DNA from: a bacterium
GTDB taxonomy: Bacteria > Hinthialibacterota > Hinthialibacteria > Hinthialibacterales > Hinthialibacteraceae
Length of the DNA stretch: 30,132 bases
Assembly (NCBI GenBank): GCA_963662285.2
Contig: CAXXMV010000005.1
Coordinates: 1 to 30,132 of the forward strand
Reading direction: 5' to 3'
The notes under the pieces are model-generated. The model did no database searches and had not been told where the DNA came from. It saw only the letters and a list, made by a program, of their open reading frames with translations. Made by a program: the position numbers and the translations under genes. Positions 19,936-29,478 of the stretch are shown in pieces; position 1 is the stretch's first letter; every line of letters begins with the position of its first letter.

Positions 19936-21972
19936 TTAACACCCCGCACTTTTTGTTTTAGGTTTGGAAGGAGTTGTTGGTTGTGTATTAGACTGAGGTG
20001 CATTAGCCGGAGGAATATTTGCCGAAGGTAGAGATGGAATGGCATTGGAGGGTAGAGCACCCATACTTCCTAAGGGGTTATATGATTCAGATATCTCCCA
20101 GTAGGCATTAATACCCTGATACAAAACCTTGATAGAACGTTTGGTTTTTTGAGATAGTATACCTCCTACAGCCATTGATAACGAGCCATCGCGGCAAGCA
20201 ATAATTAAAGGTCCCACACCAGTCAGATAGGCTGGATTATTGAGCAGAGCGGCTATGTCAACGTTTTTGGAGGAAGGTATGTTATAATCAATAAACAAAT
20301 CGGCGGGTCGGATATCAACTAGATCGTAAGTGCCCGGTAAGTCTATAATTAAACGGTTCAATTCGTTCGCGCAAATCCGTTCGGGTAGAATGATTTCGCG
20401 TTGGGCAATGGAAGCAGGAGAAGGAGACGTCTCTTTTTTCGTATCGAAACCATAGACGGGGAGTCCTGAGGCGATCCATGCTTCTGTTCCACCTTTCATA
20501 TTCATAGCTTGCTTAAAACCCTGCCGTTCCAATATTCCGGCGGCCATGATGGATCGATATGCAGAATTACAAACAGTCACAATTGGTTGAGTTGGATCGA
20601 GTTTAGTTGATAATTGTATGAGTCGGTTTAGAGGGAAATTGACAATTTCTCCGATTCTTAAACCCATCCATTCATTTGGAAGGCGAACATCAACAATAAT
20701 GGGGGCTGTTCCAGCCTGTATTTGCTGGTGAAGGTCCAATGGAGTAACTTGGGTTGTTGATGCTATTGGTAAATTTGCTTGTTTCCATTGCTCAAAGGTA
20801 ATAATATCGGCGTGATATCCAATTCGGTGTAAACGACTCAACGCTTCCCGTAGATCGTCGAGAGAGCCGCATAGAATCATTTTAGCATCCCAAGGAATAA
20901 TCATGCCAACATAGGTTTCAAAACGCCCTCGCAAGCCAATATTTACAGCATGGGGAATATGGTTGAGAGCATATTCCTCAGGATTACGAACATCGACCAG
21001 GAAAAATTGAGCAGGATCAGAAATTTGCAGAGAAGGTGTTAATTCCTGGGGAAGAGGAGCCTCCCACTGTATTAGTTCCGGCCCTTGCCGATTGATCGCC
21101 GCGTTGAATTTAAAGTACTGTGGGGGATCAGAGAGACCAGAAAGAACGGTCATGACGAATTCAGACCTGTTCTTGTGTTGAAGGTAGGTATTAGAATTTT
21201 TTTCTTCACCAATAGTGGATGTTGGTTTATCGCTCAAATGAGCTCCGCAGAGAGACCCGGCGCCATGTGCGGGAAAAACCATCACAGAGTCACCCAGGGG
21301 AGCGAGCAAGTTGTTCCAGGAATCAAAAAGATTGGATGCGAGAGAAGATGCGGTTACTTTACCCTCTAATAAGTCGGGTCTTCCTACTCCACCAATAAAT
21401 AGGGTATCTCCCGTAAATACAAGAAGAGGGGTTTCTTTGTTCTGGACGGAAGAAACAGTAATACAAGTCCCGTCTGGGGTGTGGCCCGGCGTTTCAAGAA
21501 ATTTTAAGAAAGCGCCTCCCATCTCCAGAGTTGATCCATTTCGAACAGGAGTGAATTTATATTGCGCTTGACTTTTTTCGTTGATATAAACCGGGCAATT
21601 AGCGGCATGGCTTATTTCCATATGACCTGCGATAAAATCAGCGTGTGAATGAGTTAAAATACATCCCGCAAAGGTTAGATTTTCTTGCTTGGCATAGGAA
21701 AGATAGGCCGATATATCCCGTCCCGGATCGACGATTATGGCATCTGTACCACTAATAATTAGATAGGAGTAATGTGATAGGACAGCCAAGTTAAATTGTA
21801 CAACGCTAAAATTCGGGTATTGGTAAGTATCGACGATTTCATAACCTGCTGCTTGAGATCCATGGGTTGATGATTCTGTATCTTTAATAGCAAATTTTTT
21901 TTCTGCGGCTAGAGTAAATAGACTGCAAATTAATAGAAAAAAAGATAAAGCAAGATATCGAATTCTCATCAT
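19936..21972 (-). CDS. MBL-fold persulfide dioxygenase-like (CstB-type) protein with three rhodanese domains, a signal peptide and a C-terminal SAGC tail
   Basis: ATG 21972 follows AGGAG. Motifs: IVDPGRD, THSHADF, TPGHTPD, FTGDTLFIGGVGRPDL, PAHGAGSLCG. Rhodanese loops CNSAYR and CRDGSL. Pro-rich tail ending KPKTKSAGC. Confidence 0.9.
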   Translation of the reverse strand: MMRIRYLALSFFLLICSLFTLAAEKKFAIKDTESSTHGSQAAGYEIVDTYQYPNFSVVQFNLAVLSHYSYLIISGTDAIIVDPGRDISAYLSYAKQENLTFAGCILTHSHADFIAGHMEISHAANCPVYINEKSQAQYKFTPVRNGSTLEMGGAFLKFLETPGHTPDGTCITVSSVQNKETPLLVFTGDTLFIGGVGRPDLLEGKVTASSLASNLFDSWNNLLAPLGDSVMVFPAHGAGSLCGAHLSDKPTSTIGEEKNSNTYLQHKNRSEFVMTVLSGLSDPPQYFKFNAAINRQGPELIQWEAPLPQELTPSLQISDPAQFFLVDVRNPEEYALNHIPHAVNIGLRGRFETYVGMIIPWDAKMILCGSLDDLREALSRLHRIGYHADIITFEQWKQANLPIASTTQVTPLDLHQQIQAGTAPIIVDVRLPNEWMGLRIGEIVNFPLNRLIQLSTKLDPTQPIVTVCNSAYRSIMAAGILERQGFKQAMNMKGGTEAWIASGLPVYGFDTKKETSPSPASIAQREIILPERICANELNRLIIDLPGTYDLVDIRPADLFIDYNIPSSKNVDIAALLNNPAYLTGVGPLIIACRDGSLSMAVGGILSQKTKRSIKVLYQGINAYWEISESYNPLGSMGALPSNAIPSLPSANIPPANAPQSNTQPTTPSKPKTKSAGC

Positions 21973-22287
21973 ATTACTCCTAGTTATTTTGGGGTTATAC
22001 AAATATCAATTATAAAGCAATAAACTAGAAAAAGGAATTAAAAAGGATTTTATTATTCCTGTTTAACACAAACACACTTTTAAAAACCAGTTTCCATCCA
22101 TCGCTTTATCTATTGAACTCTACCGATATAAACCATTCCTGCGCCTACTCAAGTACTTTGATCTTAAAGAACTAGTTTGTAGAATTGAACAAGATCATAT
22201 TTGAGAACTGTTATTTTGGGATTTATAAAATTTTATGATATTAATTCTTCAATTATGTAAATGCGATTATGTGAAAGGATAAGGAAA

Positions 22288-23589
22288 ATGGTACAGAAAA
22301 AAACTATTCAACGACGTGATTTTATGAAAAGCGTTGTTTCAGCGGGGGCGGTGTTAGGTTTGCCGGTTTATGTTCCCGCCGCCGCTCTTGGCGCTGATGG
22401 AAATGTGGCGCCAAGCGACCGCATCATTATGGGATGCATCGGAGTCGGTTCTCAAGGCTCCGGCAACATGCGCGGCTTTTTGCATTATAAAGATATACAG
22501 GTCGTCGGCGTGTGCGACGTAGACAGCAAAAACCGTAATAACGCCAAGGAGACGGTGAACAGCCGTTATGAGAACCAAGATTGCGCCGACTATGTGGATT
22601 TCCGCGAACTGATCGGCCGGGGCGACCTGGATGCAGTGTCGCTGGCCGTGCCGGATCACTGGCATGCCATCCCGGCCATAGAGTCAGCCAAAGCCGGGCT
22701 GGATATTTTTGGAGAGAAACCGCTATCGCGCTCTATCAGAGAGAGCCGGGCTATTTGCGACGCAGTCGAGCGTTATGGACGGGTATGGCAGACAGGCAGT
22801 TGGCAACGCTCTCAAACGCATTTCCTTCATGCAGCTGAACTGGCCCGTAATGAAAAAGTGGGCAAGATTCATACGGTGGAAGTCGGATTGCCTACTGGCG
22901 GTCAAACAGGCTTTAAACCTCCCCAACCTGTTCCCGAAGGATTGGATTGGGAACGTTGGCTGGGACCAGCCCCCTGGCGTCCCTATTGCGCATTCGGCGG
23001 TAACCGCTGCCACTGGGATTGGCGTTGGATACTGGATTATTCCGGCGGCCAATTGACGGATTGGTCGGGTCATCATATTGATATCGCCCATTGGGGCTTG
23101 GGATTTGACAACACCGGACCCGACGAGATAGAAGGCGTCGGACAGTATCCCAAAGACGGGCTGTATGATGCGCCTTATGCTTATAGTTTCAAATGCAAGT
23201 ACGCCAATGGCGTCACTCTGAATATCAGCAACACCAACCGGGGCGGCGCCAAGTGGATTGGCGAGAACGGATGGATCTGGGTAGACCGGGGCGGTATTGA
23301 CGCATCTGACAAGAGACTCTTGAAGCCTGAAGCCATCGGCCCCAATGACATCCGGCTTTACAAAAGCACCGATCATAAACAGAACTTTATTGATTGCGTA
23401 AGAAGCAGACAACTTACTATTACTCCAGTTGAAACCGCCTGCCGTTCTATCAGCGTTGGACATCTGGGCGAAATAGCCATGCTTCTAAAGCGGAAGCTGC
23501 GCTGGAATCCCGCCACGGAAGAATTTATAGGCGATGCTCAAGCCAACAGCATGTTGGGACGTTCATACCGTGAACCGTGGACTTTATAA
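22288..23589 (+). CDS. Tat-exported Gfo/Idh/MocA oxidoreductase
   Basis: QRRDFMK twin-arginine signal, APSDRI, IGVGSQG, PDHWH, EKP, QTGSWQRS, LDWERWLGPAP, DWSGHHIDIAHWG. ATG 22288 follows AAGGA. Confidence 0.93.
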   Translation: MVQKKTIQRRDFMKSVVSAGAVLGLPVYVPAAALGADGNVAPSDRIIMGCIGVGSQGSGNMRGFLHYKDIQVVGVCDVDSKNRNNAKETVNSRYENQDCADYVDFRELIGRGDLDAVSLAVPDHWHAIPAIESAKAGLDIFGEKPLSRSIRESRAICDAVERYGRVWQTGSWQRSQTHFLHAAELARNEKVGKIHTVEVGLPTGGQTGFKPPQPVPEGLDWERWLGPAPWRPYCAFGGNRCHWDWRWILDYSGGQLTDWSGHHIDIAHWGLGFDNTGPDEIEGVGQYPKDGLYDAPYAYSFKCKYANGVTLNISNTNRGGAKWIGENGWIWVDRGGIDASDKRLLKPEAIGPNDIRLYKSTDHKQNFIDCVRSRQLTITPVETACRSISVGHLGEIAMLLKRKLRWNPATEEFIGDAQANSMLGRSYREPWTL

Positions 23590-23621
23590 GAACCAGGTTA
23601 TAATTCTAAAAGGAGTAAAAA

Positions 23622-26600
23622 ATGTCTTTACGAATAAAATCATATAAAACATATATTGCCATCATTATCAGCGTTTTTCTGTTCGCCAACTGTGTTTATG
23701 CAGCGCCGACCATAAAAGCCTTGATTGTTGACGGACAGAATAATCATGATTGGGCGGCCACAACGCCTGTTCTGAAAGAGATTCTTGAAGAGTGCGGCCT
23801 GTTCAAGGTTGATGTTGCAACATCGCCAGCACAGGGAAAATCGATGGAGGATTTCACTCCTGATTTTAGCCAGTATCAGGTTGTAGTGCTCAATTACACG
23901 GGCGACAGCTGGCCTAAACAAACCAATGATGCTTTTGTTGAATACGTTAAAAACGGCGGCGGCGTTGTTGTGTTCCATGCGGCGGATAACGCTTTTCCTG
24001 AATGGGTGGAATTTAATGAAATAATTGGTCTGGGTGGATGGGGCAACCGTGATGAGAAATCCGGCCCCATGATCCGCTACCGCGATGGTAAGATCATCCG
24101 CGATAATTCACCTGGCGCAGGCGGTACGCATGGTCCACAGCGCGAATACGCTGTTACAGCCCGCGACAAGGATCATCCAATTGTAAAAGGATTGCCTGAC
24201 TCCTGGATGCATGCCAAGGATGAACTTTATTCCAAACTGCGCGGTCCGGCCAAAAACCTGCATGTGATTTCAACCAGTTTATCGATGTTGACCAAGGAAC
24301 ATGAGCCATCTTTATTTACTATTGAATATGGTAAAGGTAAAATTTTCCATACAGTTCTGGGACACGGACCTTTCGCCATGCAGTGCGTGGGCTTCGCCTT
24401 TACATTGCAGCGCGGAACGGAATGGGCGGCTACTGGTCAAGTCACGCTTAATGATATCCCCGCCAATTTCCCAACGGCGGAACATGTCAGTTACCGTCAA
24501 AAATCAGTGTCGCTTGATGAGATCAAGAATTATAAATATGGCGCAAGCCGGGCGTCATTGAATCAGTTTGAAGCCAACATCCGCAATGCAGCGCCTACTC
24601 AGTTGAAGGATATCGAAGTGCAGCTGCAAGAAGTCCTGGGTGATGCTCAAGCAACATTTTTCGGAAAGCAATTCGCCTGCCGTATGCTGCGTAGAATCGG
24701 CACGGAAGATTCCATTCCTGCTCTGCAGAAACTTTTGGCGGACGAAAAACTTTCAAACATGGCACGCTTCGCTTTGCAGGGAATTCCATCATCTGAAGTT
24801 GATGCTGTTTTACGTCAAGCATTGCAAGAACTGGATGGAGACTTAAGAATCGGAGTGATTGGCGCAATCGCTCAGCGCGGTGATGCAAGAGCCGTCGGGC
24901 AGATCGCCAAATGGCTGGAGAGCGGCAACCTTAATTTATCCCGCGCCGCGATTAAAGCGTTGGGACAGATCGGCGGCCAGAGAGCGGCCAATGCCCTGTC
25001 GAAAGCGAATGTAGCCAGTGAATTACAAGCATTACGCGATGATTCGCTTTTGCTTTGCGCGGATGGATTCGTCGAAAAAGGTAAAGCCATATACCAGAAT
25101 ATGACCGATGCTGATTACCCTGTAACCATTCGTTTAGCGGCCTATCGCGGGATAATCCAGCTGGATAATGGGCAGGCTCTTCCCATCATAAAATCATTAC
25201 TGAAAGATAAAGAGTTAAAACTGAAACAAGCGGCGGTCGGTCCATTTTTCGCGTTGGTTCCAGGTTCAAACGCAACCCTGGCGATAATGGATGGGTTTTC
25301 TACTTATGACGATACGACCAAGTCGATGGTGTTAAAAGCCTTGGCCATGCGTGGAGATAGCAGCGTTGTTCCGGCTATTGTGGATGCCATAGGTACTGAA
25401 CAAGGCGCCGTTAAAATAGCGGCCATTGAAACGCTTGGCGTTTTGGGATGCGGCGACCATGTTGAAATGCTGGCTAAAATTGCCTCTGGAGAAGGGGATA
25501 TCGGCAAAGCAGCTGCGCAAAGCATTTTGACGCTTCGCGGCATTGATGTTGATCAGACAATTATTGAGTTACTCAAAAATGGAGCATCAAACATCCAAGC
25601 GGCTTTGATTAACAGCCTGATCGCCCGCAGGTCTGATGGCGCTATCAATATTCTACTGGAACGATCTTTGGATGCTGATTTGATTGTCCGTCAGGCATCC
25701 ATTAGTGGTCTTAAATCAATTGCCCAAGCGCAAGACATTCCGAATATGCTCAAACTGATCCCGCAATTGGAGAATCAAAGTGACATAATATCCATTGAGG
25801 ATTCAATTATAAGCGTTGCTGAACAGGTTGAAGATGCGGCTCGCATTACGCAGTATTTGCTAAGCGCCTCTGATGATGCTTCGACTAATCTTAGAGTATC
25901 GGTAATGAGGCTTCTTAGTAAATTTGGAGGCGAAAAGGCCGGGCGCGTGGTAGTTGAGGCGCTCAATAGCGATTCTGCAAAAGACGTTAGAAAAGCCGCA
26001 TTTAAGGCATTGACCAATTGGCCGGACGCTTCTCCAATTGACACGCTTTTCGGTCTTTTCAAGGAATCCGATAATTCAGATCAGCGTCAAGTTGCGCTGA
26101 CCGGATATCTACGGATGATTGATCTTACCAAAGATGAACCGATTGGCAAAACCATCGAACGTTATCAAGCCGCTATGGATGCAGCCTCTGACAAGTCTGA
26201 GAAAGAGTTGATTGTTAAAGCAATTTCATACCGCGCTAATGTTCCGGTTCTTGAGTTTTTAGAAAAATGCTTGAACGATCAAGACCTCCTGGCCAATGCG
26301 CTGGATGCTTATAAGAAGGTTGTAAAGCAGCTGGAAAAAAGCGATTCGGACCGCAGCGCATGGGATGTGACGGCATCACATAACAAAGGTGACGCCAAAA
26401 ATGCCATTGATGGAAACCGTAATAGCCGGTGGGCTACAGGAACGCCTCAGGTGAAAGGCCAATGGTTCCAGATTGATCTGAAATCTGAGCGGGTAATTCA
26501 AGAAATCACGCTTGACGCTGCCGGTTCCAGTGGAGACTATCCCCGTGGTTATGAAGTATATTTATCTTTCAATGATAAAGAGTGGGGACAACCAGTCGCA

Positions 26601-26786
26601 CAAGGTAAAGGCGACAAACCGTTAGTCGTTATTCCTATACCTTCCAAGAGCGCACGGTTTATCCGGATTGTTCAGACAGGCAAAGTGGATGGTTTGTACT
26701 GGTCTATCCATGACTTGAATGTAAAAGTATCTTCCAGCAAAGAGCAGTTGGAACATGCTTATGAGGTATTGAAGAAGTATGAATAA
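23622..26786 (+). CDS. Secreted ThuA-like domain + HEAT repeats + F5/8 type C (CBM32/discoidin) protein
   Basis: Signal peptide, GQNNHDW, GGGVVVFHAADNAF, DELYSKLRGP, GKGKIFHTVLGH, QRGTEWAATG. HEAT-type helical repeats follow. C-terminal AIDGNRNSRWAT..QWFQIDL..ARFIRIVQTG..WSIHDL. Confidence 0.88.
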   Translation: MSLRIKSYKTYIAIIISVFLFANCVYAAPTIKALIVDGQNNHDWAATTPVLKEILEECGLFKVDVATSPAQGKSMEDFTPDFSQYQVVVLNYTGDSWPKQTNDAFVEYVKNGGGVVVFHAADNAFPEWVEFNEIIGLGGWGNRDEKSGPMIRYRDGKIIRDNSPGAGGTHGPQREYAVTARDKDHPIVKGLPDSWMHAKDELYSKLRGPAKNLHVISTSLSMLTKEHEPSLFTIEYGKGKIFHTVLGHGPFAMQCVGFAFTLQRGTEWAATGQVTLNDIPANFPTAEHVSYRQKSVSLDEIKNYKYGASRASLNQFEANIRNAAPTQLKDIEVQLQEVLGDAQATFFGKQFACRMLRRIGTEDSIPALQKLLADEKLSNMARFALQGIPSSEVDAVLRQALQELDGDLRIGVIGAIAQRGDARAVGQIAKWLESGNLNLSRAAIKALGQIGGQRAANALSKANVASELQALRDDSLLLCADGFVEKGKAIYQNMTDADYPVTIRLAAYRGIIQLDNGQALPIIKSLLKDKELKLKQAAVGPFFALVPGSNATLAIMDGFSTYDDTTKSMVLKALAMRGDSSVVPAIVDAIGTEQGAVKIAAIETLGVLGCGDHVEMLAKIASGEGDIGKAAAQSILTLRGIDVDQTIIELLKNGASNIQAALINSLIARRSDGAINILLERSLDADLIVRQASISGLKSIAQAQDIPNMLKLIPQLENQSDIISIEDSIISVAEQVEDAARITQYLLSASDDASTNLRVSVMRLLSKFGGEKAGRVVVEALNSDSAKDVRKAAFKALTNWPDASPIDTLFGLFKESDNSDQRQVALTGYLRMIDLTKDEPIGKTIERYQAAMDAASDKSEKELIVKAISYRANVPVLEFLEKCLNDQDLLANALDAYKKVVKQLEKSDSDRSAWDVTASHNKGDAKNAIDGNRNSRWATGTPQVKGQWFQIDLKSERVIQEITLDAAGSSGDYPRGYEVYLSFNDKEWGQPVAQGKGDKPLVVIPIPSKSARFIRIVQTGKVDGLYWSIHDLNVKVSSSKEQLEHAYEVLKKYE

Positions 26787-26821
26787 ATAGGAATACCAGC
26801 AAATAATGATTAAAATTAAAC

Positions 26822-26853
26822 CCCCGAAGCGTTTTGCGCTTCGGGGATTTTTT
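26822..26853 (+). terminator. Rho-independent terminator
   Basis: CCCCGAAGCG-TTTTG-CGCTTCGGGG (10-bp perfect stem) followed by ATTTTTT, about 35 bp after the stop of the ThuA-HEAT gene. Confidence 0.85.
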
Positions 26854-26950
26854 ATCTAAAATTTTTGAACGGAAATGATAGTGGCGCACTGACCTTTGTT
26901 ATATATGGGGTATCGCTAATATAAAATTATTGACCTTAAATTGGAGGCGC

Positions 26951-29311
26951 ATGATGCATCATTGCAGATTGGTTTTTATTGTTTTACATTTATTTCTTGT
27001 TAACAACGTATTTGCACAGAACATCAATACTCCAGAGAATTTCCCGGATCAGAAATTTCGCACCGTTGTGGAAGAATTCATGAATGTCGCGCCGGGCGGG
27101 GAATTTAGCGCACAAGAAGCGGCGGCTAAAACAGGCGTTTTGAATTGTGATTATAAGTGGATAATGGATATATCCGGTATCGAGTTTTTTACGGGCATAA
27201 CAGAACTGAATTGTTTTAGCAATCATTTAACCCATCTCGATGTTTCAAAAAACACGAGTCTATTATCACTTTGTTGTTATAACAATAAAATCACCGATCT
27301 TGACTTACGCTTCAATACAAATTTACAAAAACTGGATTGCGCCGTTAACCGTTTAACAAGTCTGGACCTGTCTAATAATCCACTGCTGCAATATCTGGAT
27401 TGCGGAGGTAATCCACTCTCTAACCTGAATGTAAATGTAAACAATGGATTAACTTCTCTTTATTGTTACTCGAATGGATTACAAGAACTGGATATTTCGA
27501 AAAACACTAACCTCAAATTGCTTTCATGTCAGGGGAATCGATTAAAGGAATTAGATGTTTCTCTGAATGCCTCGCTGTTAACACTGAATTGTTATTCAAA
27601 CTTTATTGATGATATCGATCTATCCAACAATCCAAACTTGAGCGTATTAGATTGTCATAGCAATCTAATATCGCTATTAGACGTATCCCAAAACCAAGTT
27701 TTAAGTAATATGAATTGCAGCGACAATCGATTGTCCATGCTTGATATTTCTCTTAATCCGACATTAAAAATATTGAATTTCAGCAACAATCAATTACTGA
27801 GTGTGGATGTTTCATTCAACAAAAGCCTAACCGAATTGTATTGTGATTCCAATGAGATAAACAATCTTTCACTTACTGGGAATACTGCACTTAGAAAACT
27901 CTATTGCTGCAACAATCAATTATCTGATCTCGATATTTCTGGAAACGGAAATTTGCAATGGATTGTTATAAATAACAATCAACTTACTACATTAAATCTC
28001 TCTAATCTAACCAAAATGAAAGTTTTGGAGTGTTCGAACACTCGCTTACAAAATCTGGATGTTTCTGCAATGAAATCATTGGTATATTTAGATTGCAGCG
28101 GCAATCAACTGACTCAACTTGATCTTTCGTCAAATAAGATACTCGATTGGATTTGTTGTAATAACAACCAAATTGCAAATCTAATATTACCCGTAAACCG
28201 GAATTTGTCTTATCTCGAATGCTCCAACAATCAGATTCTTGAGATCAATGTCACTTCATACCCGAATCTTTTTATGTTGAATTGCAGTAACAATCATATC
28301 GATCATTTAAATGGGATTGTGAGCAATACCGGTTTCAGATCGTTTTGCGCAGTAGATGTTCGATACAACGATCTCGATGAGGACGACTGGGAACAAGTTC
28401 TCCAATTCAGCGCAAAGATCGGTGAACCTCGTTTGTTTTTCGAACACCATGCGCTGGAATCCGGTTTCTCTTATTCGCCGCAAAATGGATACGATCCATA
28501 TTATTTTGGAACGGGCGAACCATTGGTTGACGATCCTGAAACGCAATTGGGAACAGAACGCAGGATCAATTTGGAAGGGACATCCAATACCCGGGATTTG
28601 GGTGGAATTAAAACTGTCGATGGCCGTAGGATAAAAAGAGGTATTCTATTTAGATCTGATGCACTCGATCTATCCAATAGCGATCTACCGATTTTTTCGG
28701 GTATGAATATCTGTTTTGTCTGTGATTTGCGCACATCGTACCAATATTTGGAGACTCCAGATCGATATCCACTTGAGAAAAAACCTATTGTTTTATCTAT
28801 CCCGATGATCGAGGAGACTATAAGCAACATTACTCCAGAAAAGAAATCTATCCAGCGTAATGAAAAATATGCTTTTAACTATACAGATTTTTATTCTGAA
28901 CTGTTTCAAGACTTACTGAAGCCCGAATATCATCCTGCGCTCATCCATTGTCAGGCCGGTAAAGATCGAGCTGGTTTTACTACAGCGCTTATTTTATCCA
29001 CGCTTGGCGTTCCAAGAGAAATTATTGAAAAAGATTATGCGCTCACCCTATACTATCTGAAAGATGTATATCTGGGCGCCGCCAAGGATAACCTATCCAG
29101 TGGAATCCCTTCATCATATATAACACCGAGTTTTAAGGTCGATATGCGAAAGATCATTCGAACTACGTTCGAGACAATCGATGAAACTTATGGATCGTTT
29201 GAGAATTACTTACAAGAGGGATTGGGCGTTACTCCGGAGATGCGTCAGCGTCTTCAGGATCAATTTTTGGAAACAGGGGATACCGATGTATCTGGTTGGC
29301 GTCTTCGATAG
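26951..29311 (+). CDS. Secreted leucine-rich-repeat protein fused to a C-terminal tyrosine/dual-specificity phosphatase (Y_phosphatase3, PtpB/IphP-like)
   Basis: GGAGG then ATG 26951, signal peptide ending NVFA|Q, FPDQKFR cap and 18 21-aa LRRs. Then LEGTSNTRDLGG, LFRSD, DLRT, the P-loop IHCQAGKDRAG, DYALT and YGSFENYL. Confidence 0.92.
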   Translation: MMHHCRLVFIVLHLFLVNNVFAQNINTPENFPDQKFRTVVEEFMNVAPGGEFSAQEAAAKTGVLNCDYKWIMDISGIEFFTGITELNCFSNHLTHLDVSKNTSLLSLCCYNNKITDLDLRFNTNLQKLDCAVNRLTSLDLSNNPLLQYLDCGGNPLSNLNVNVNNGLTSLYCYSNGLQELDISKNTNLKLLSCQGNRLKELDVSLNASLLTLNCYSNFIDDIDLSNNPNLSVLDCHSNLISLLDVSQNQVLSNMNCSDNRLSMLDISLNPTLKILNFSNNQLLSVDVSFNKSLTELYCDSNEINNLSLTGNTALRKLYCCNNQLSDLDISGNGNLQWIVINNNQLTTLNLSNLTKMKVLECSNTRLQNLDVSAMKSLVYLDCSGNQLTQLDLSSNKILDWICCNNNQIANLILPVNRNLSYLECSNNQILEINVTSYPNLFMLNCSNNHIDHLNGIVSNTGFRSFCAVDVRYNDLDEDDWEQVLQFSAKIGEPRLFFEHHALESGFSYSPQNGYDPYYFGTGEPLVDDPETQLGTERRINLEGTSNTRDLGGIKTVDGRRIKRGILFRSDALDLSNSDLPIFSGMNICFVCDLRTSYQYLETPDRYPLEKKPIVLSIPMIEETISNITPEKKSIQRNEKYAFNYTDFYSELFQDLLKPEYHPALIHCQAGKDRAGFTTALILSTLGVPREIIEKDYALTLYYLKDVYLGAAKDNLSSGIPSSYITPSFKVDMRKIIRTTFETIDETYGSFENYLQEGLGVTPEMRQRLQDQFLETGDTDVSGWRLR
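27197..28330 (+). repeat. 18 x 63-bp LRR coding repeats (21-aa Cys-containing InlJ/IRREKO-type, LxxLxCxxNxLxxLDxSxNxx)
   Basis: Manual parsing from ITELNCFSNHLTHLDVSKNTS to LFMLNCSNNHIDHLNGIVSNT. Confidence 0.85.
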
Positions 29312-29331
29312 GATTTGAATATTTTCATTAT

Positions 29332-29360
29332 AAAAAATCCCCTCATTGCTGAGGTATTTT
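29332..29360. terminator. Possible weak bidirectional terminator between the convergent LRR-PTP and frr genes
   Basis: AAAAAATCC-CCTCA-TTGC-TGAGG-TATTTT. Confidence 0.4.
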
Positions 29361-29402
29361 GTTTATCTATTGTTACTACGTTTTACCAAGCGTCCACTAG
29401 AA

Positions 29403-29470
29403 CAATGTCATTAACATAAGTTGTTTGGATATCGCCCTCACCCTAGCCCTCTCCCGGAGGGCGAGGGGAC
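29403..29470. repeat. Small MITE/BoxC-like element, copy 2 (intergenic, right end missing)
   Basis: CAATGTCATTAACATAAG...CCCTCACCCTAGCCCTCTCCCGGAGGGCGAGGGGAC, colinear with 7923-7990. Confidence 0.8.
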
Positions 29471-29478
29471 TTGTTCGC

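Noticed and set aside
22723-23463. 246-aa antisense ORF, and other short shadow ORFs within uvrA and the WecG and ThuA genes
   Set aside because: They overlap well-supported genes and show no recognisable motifs.
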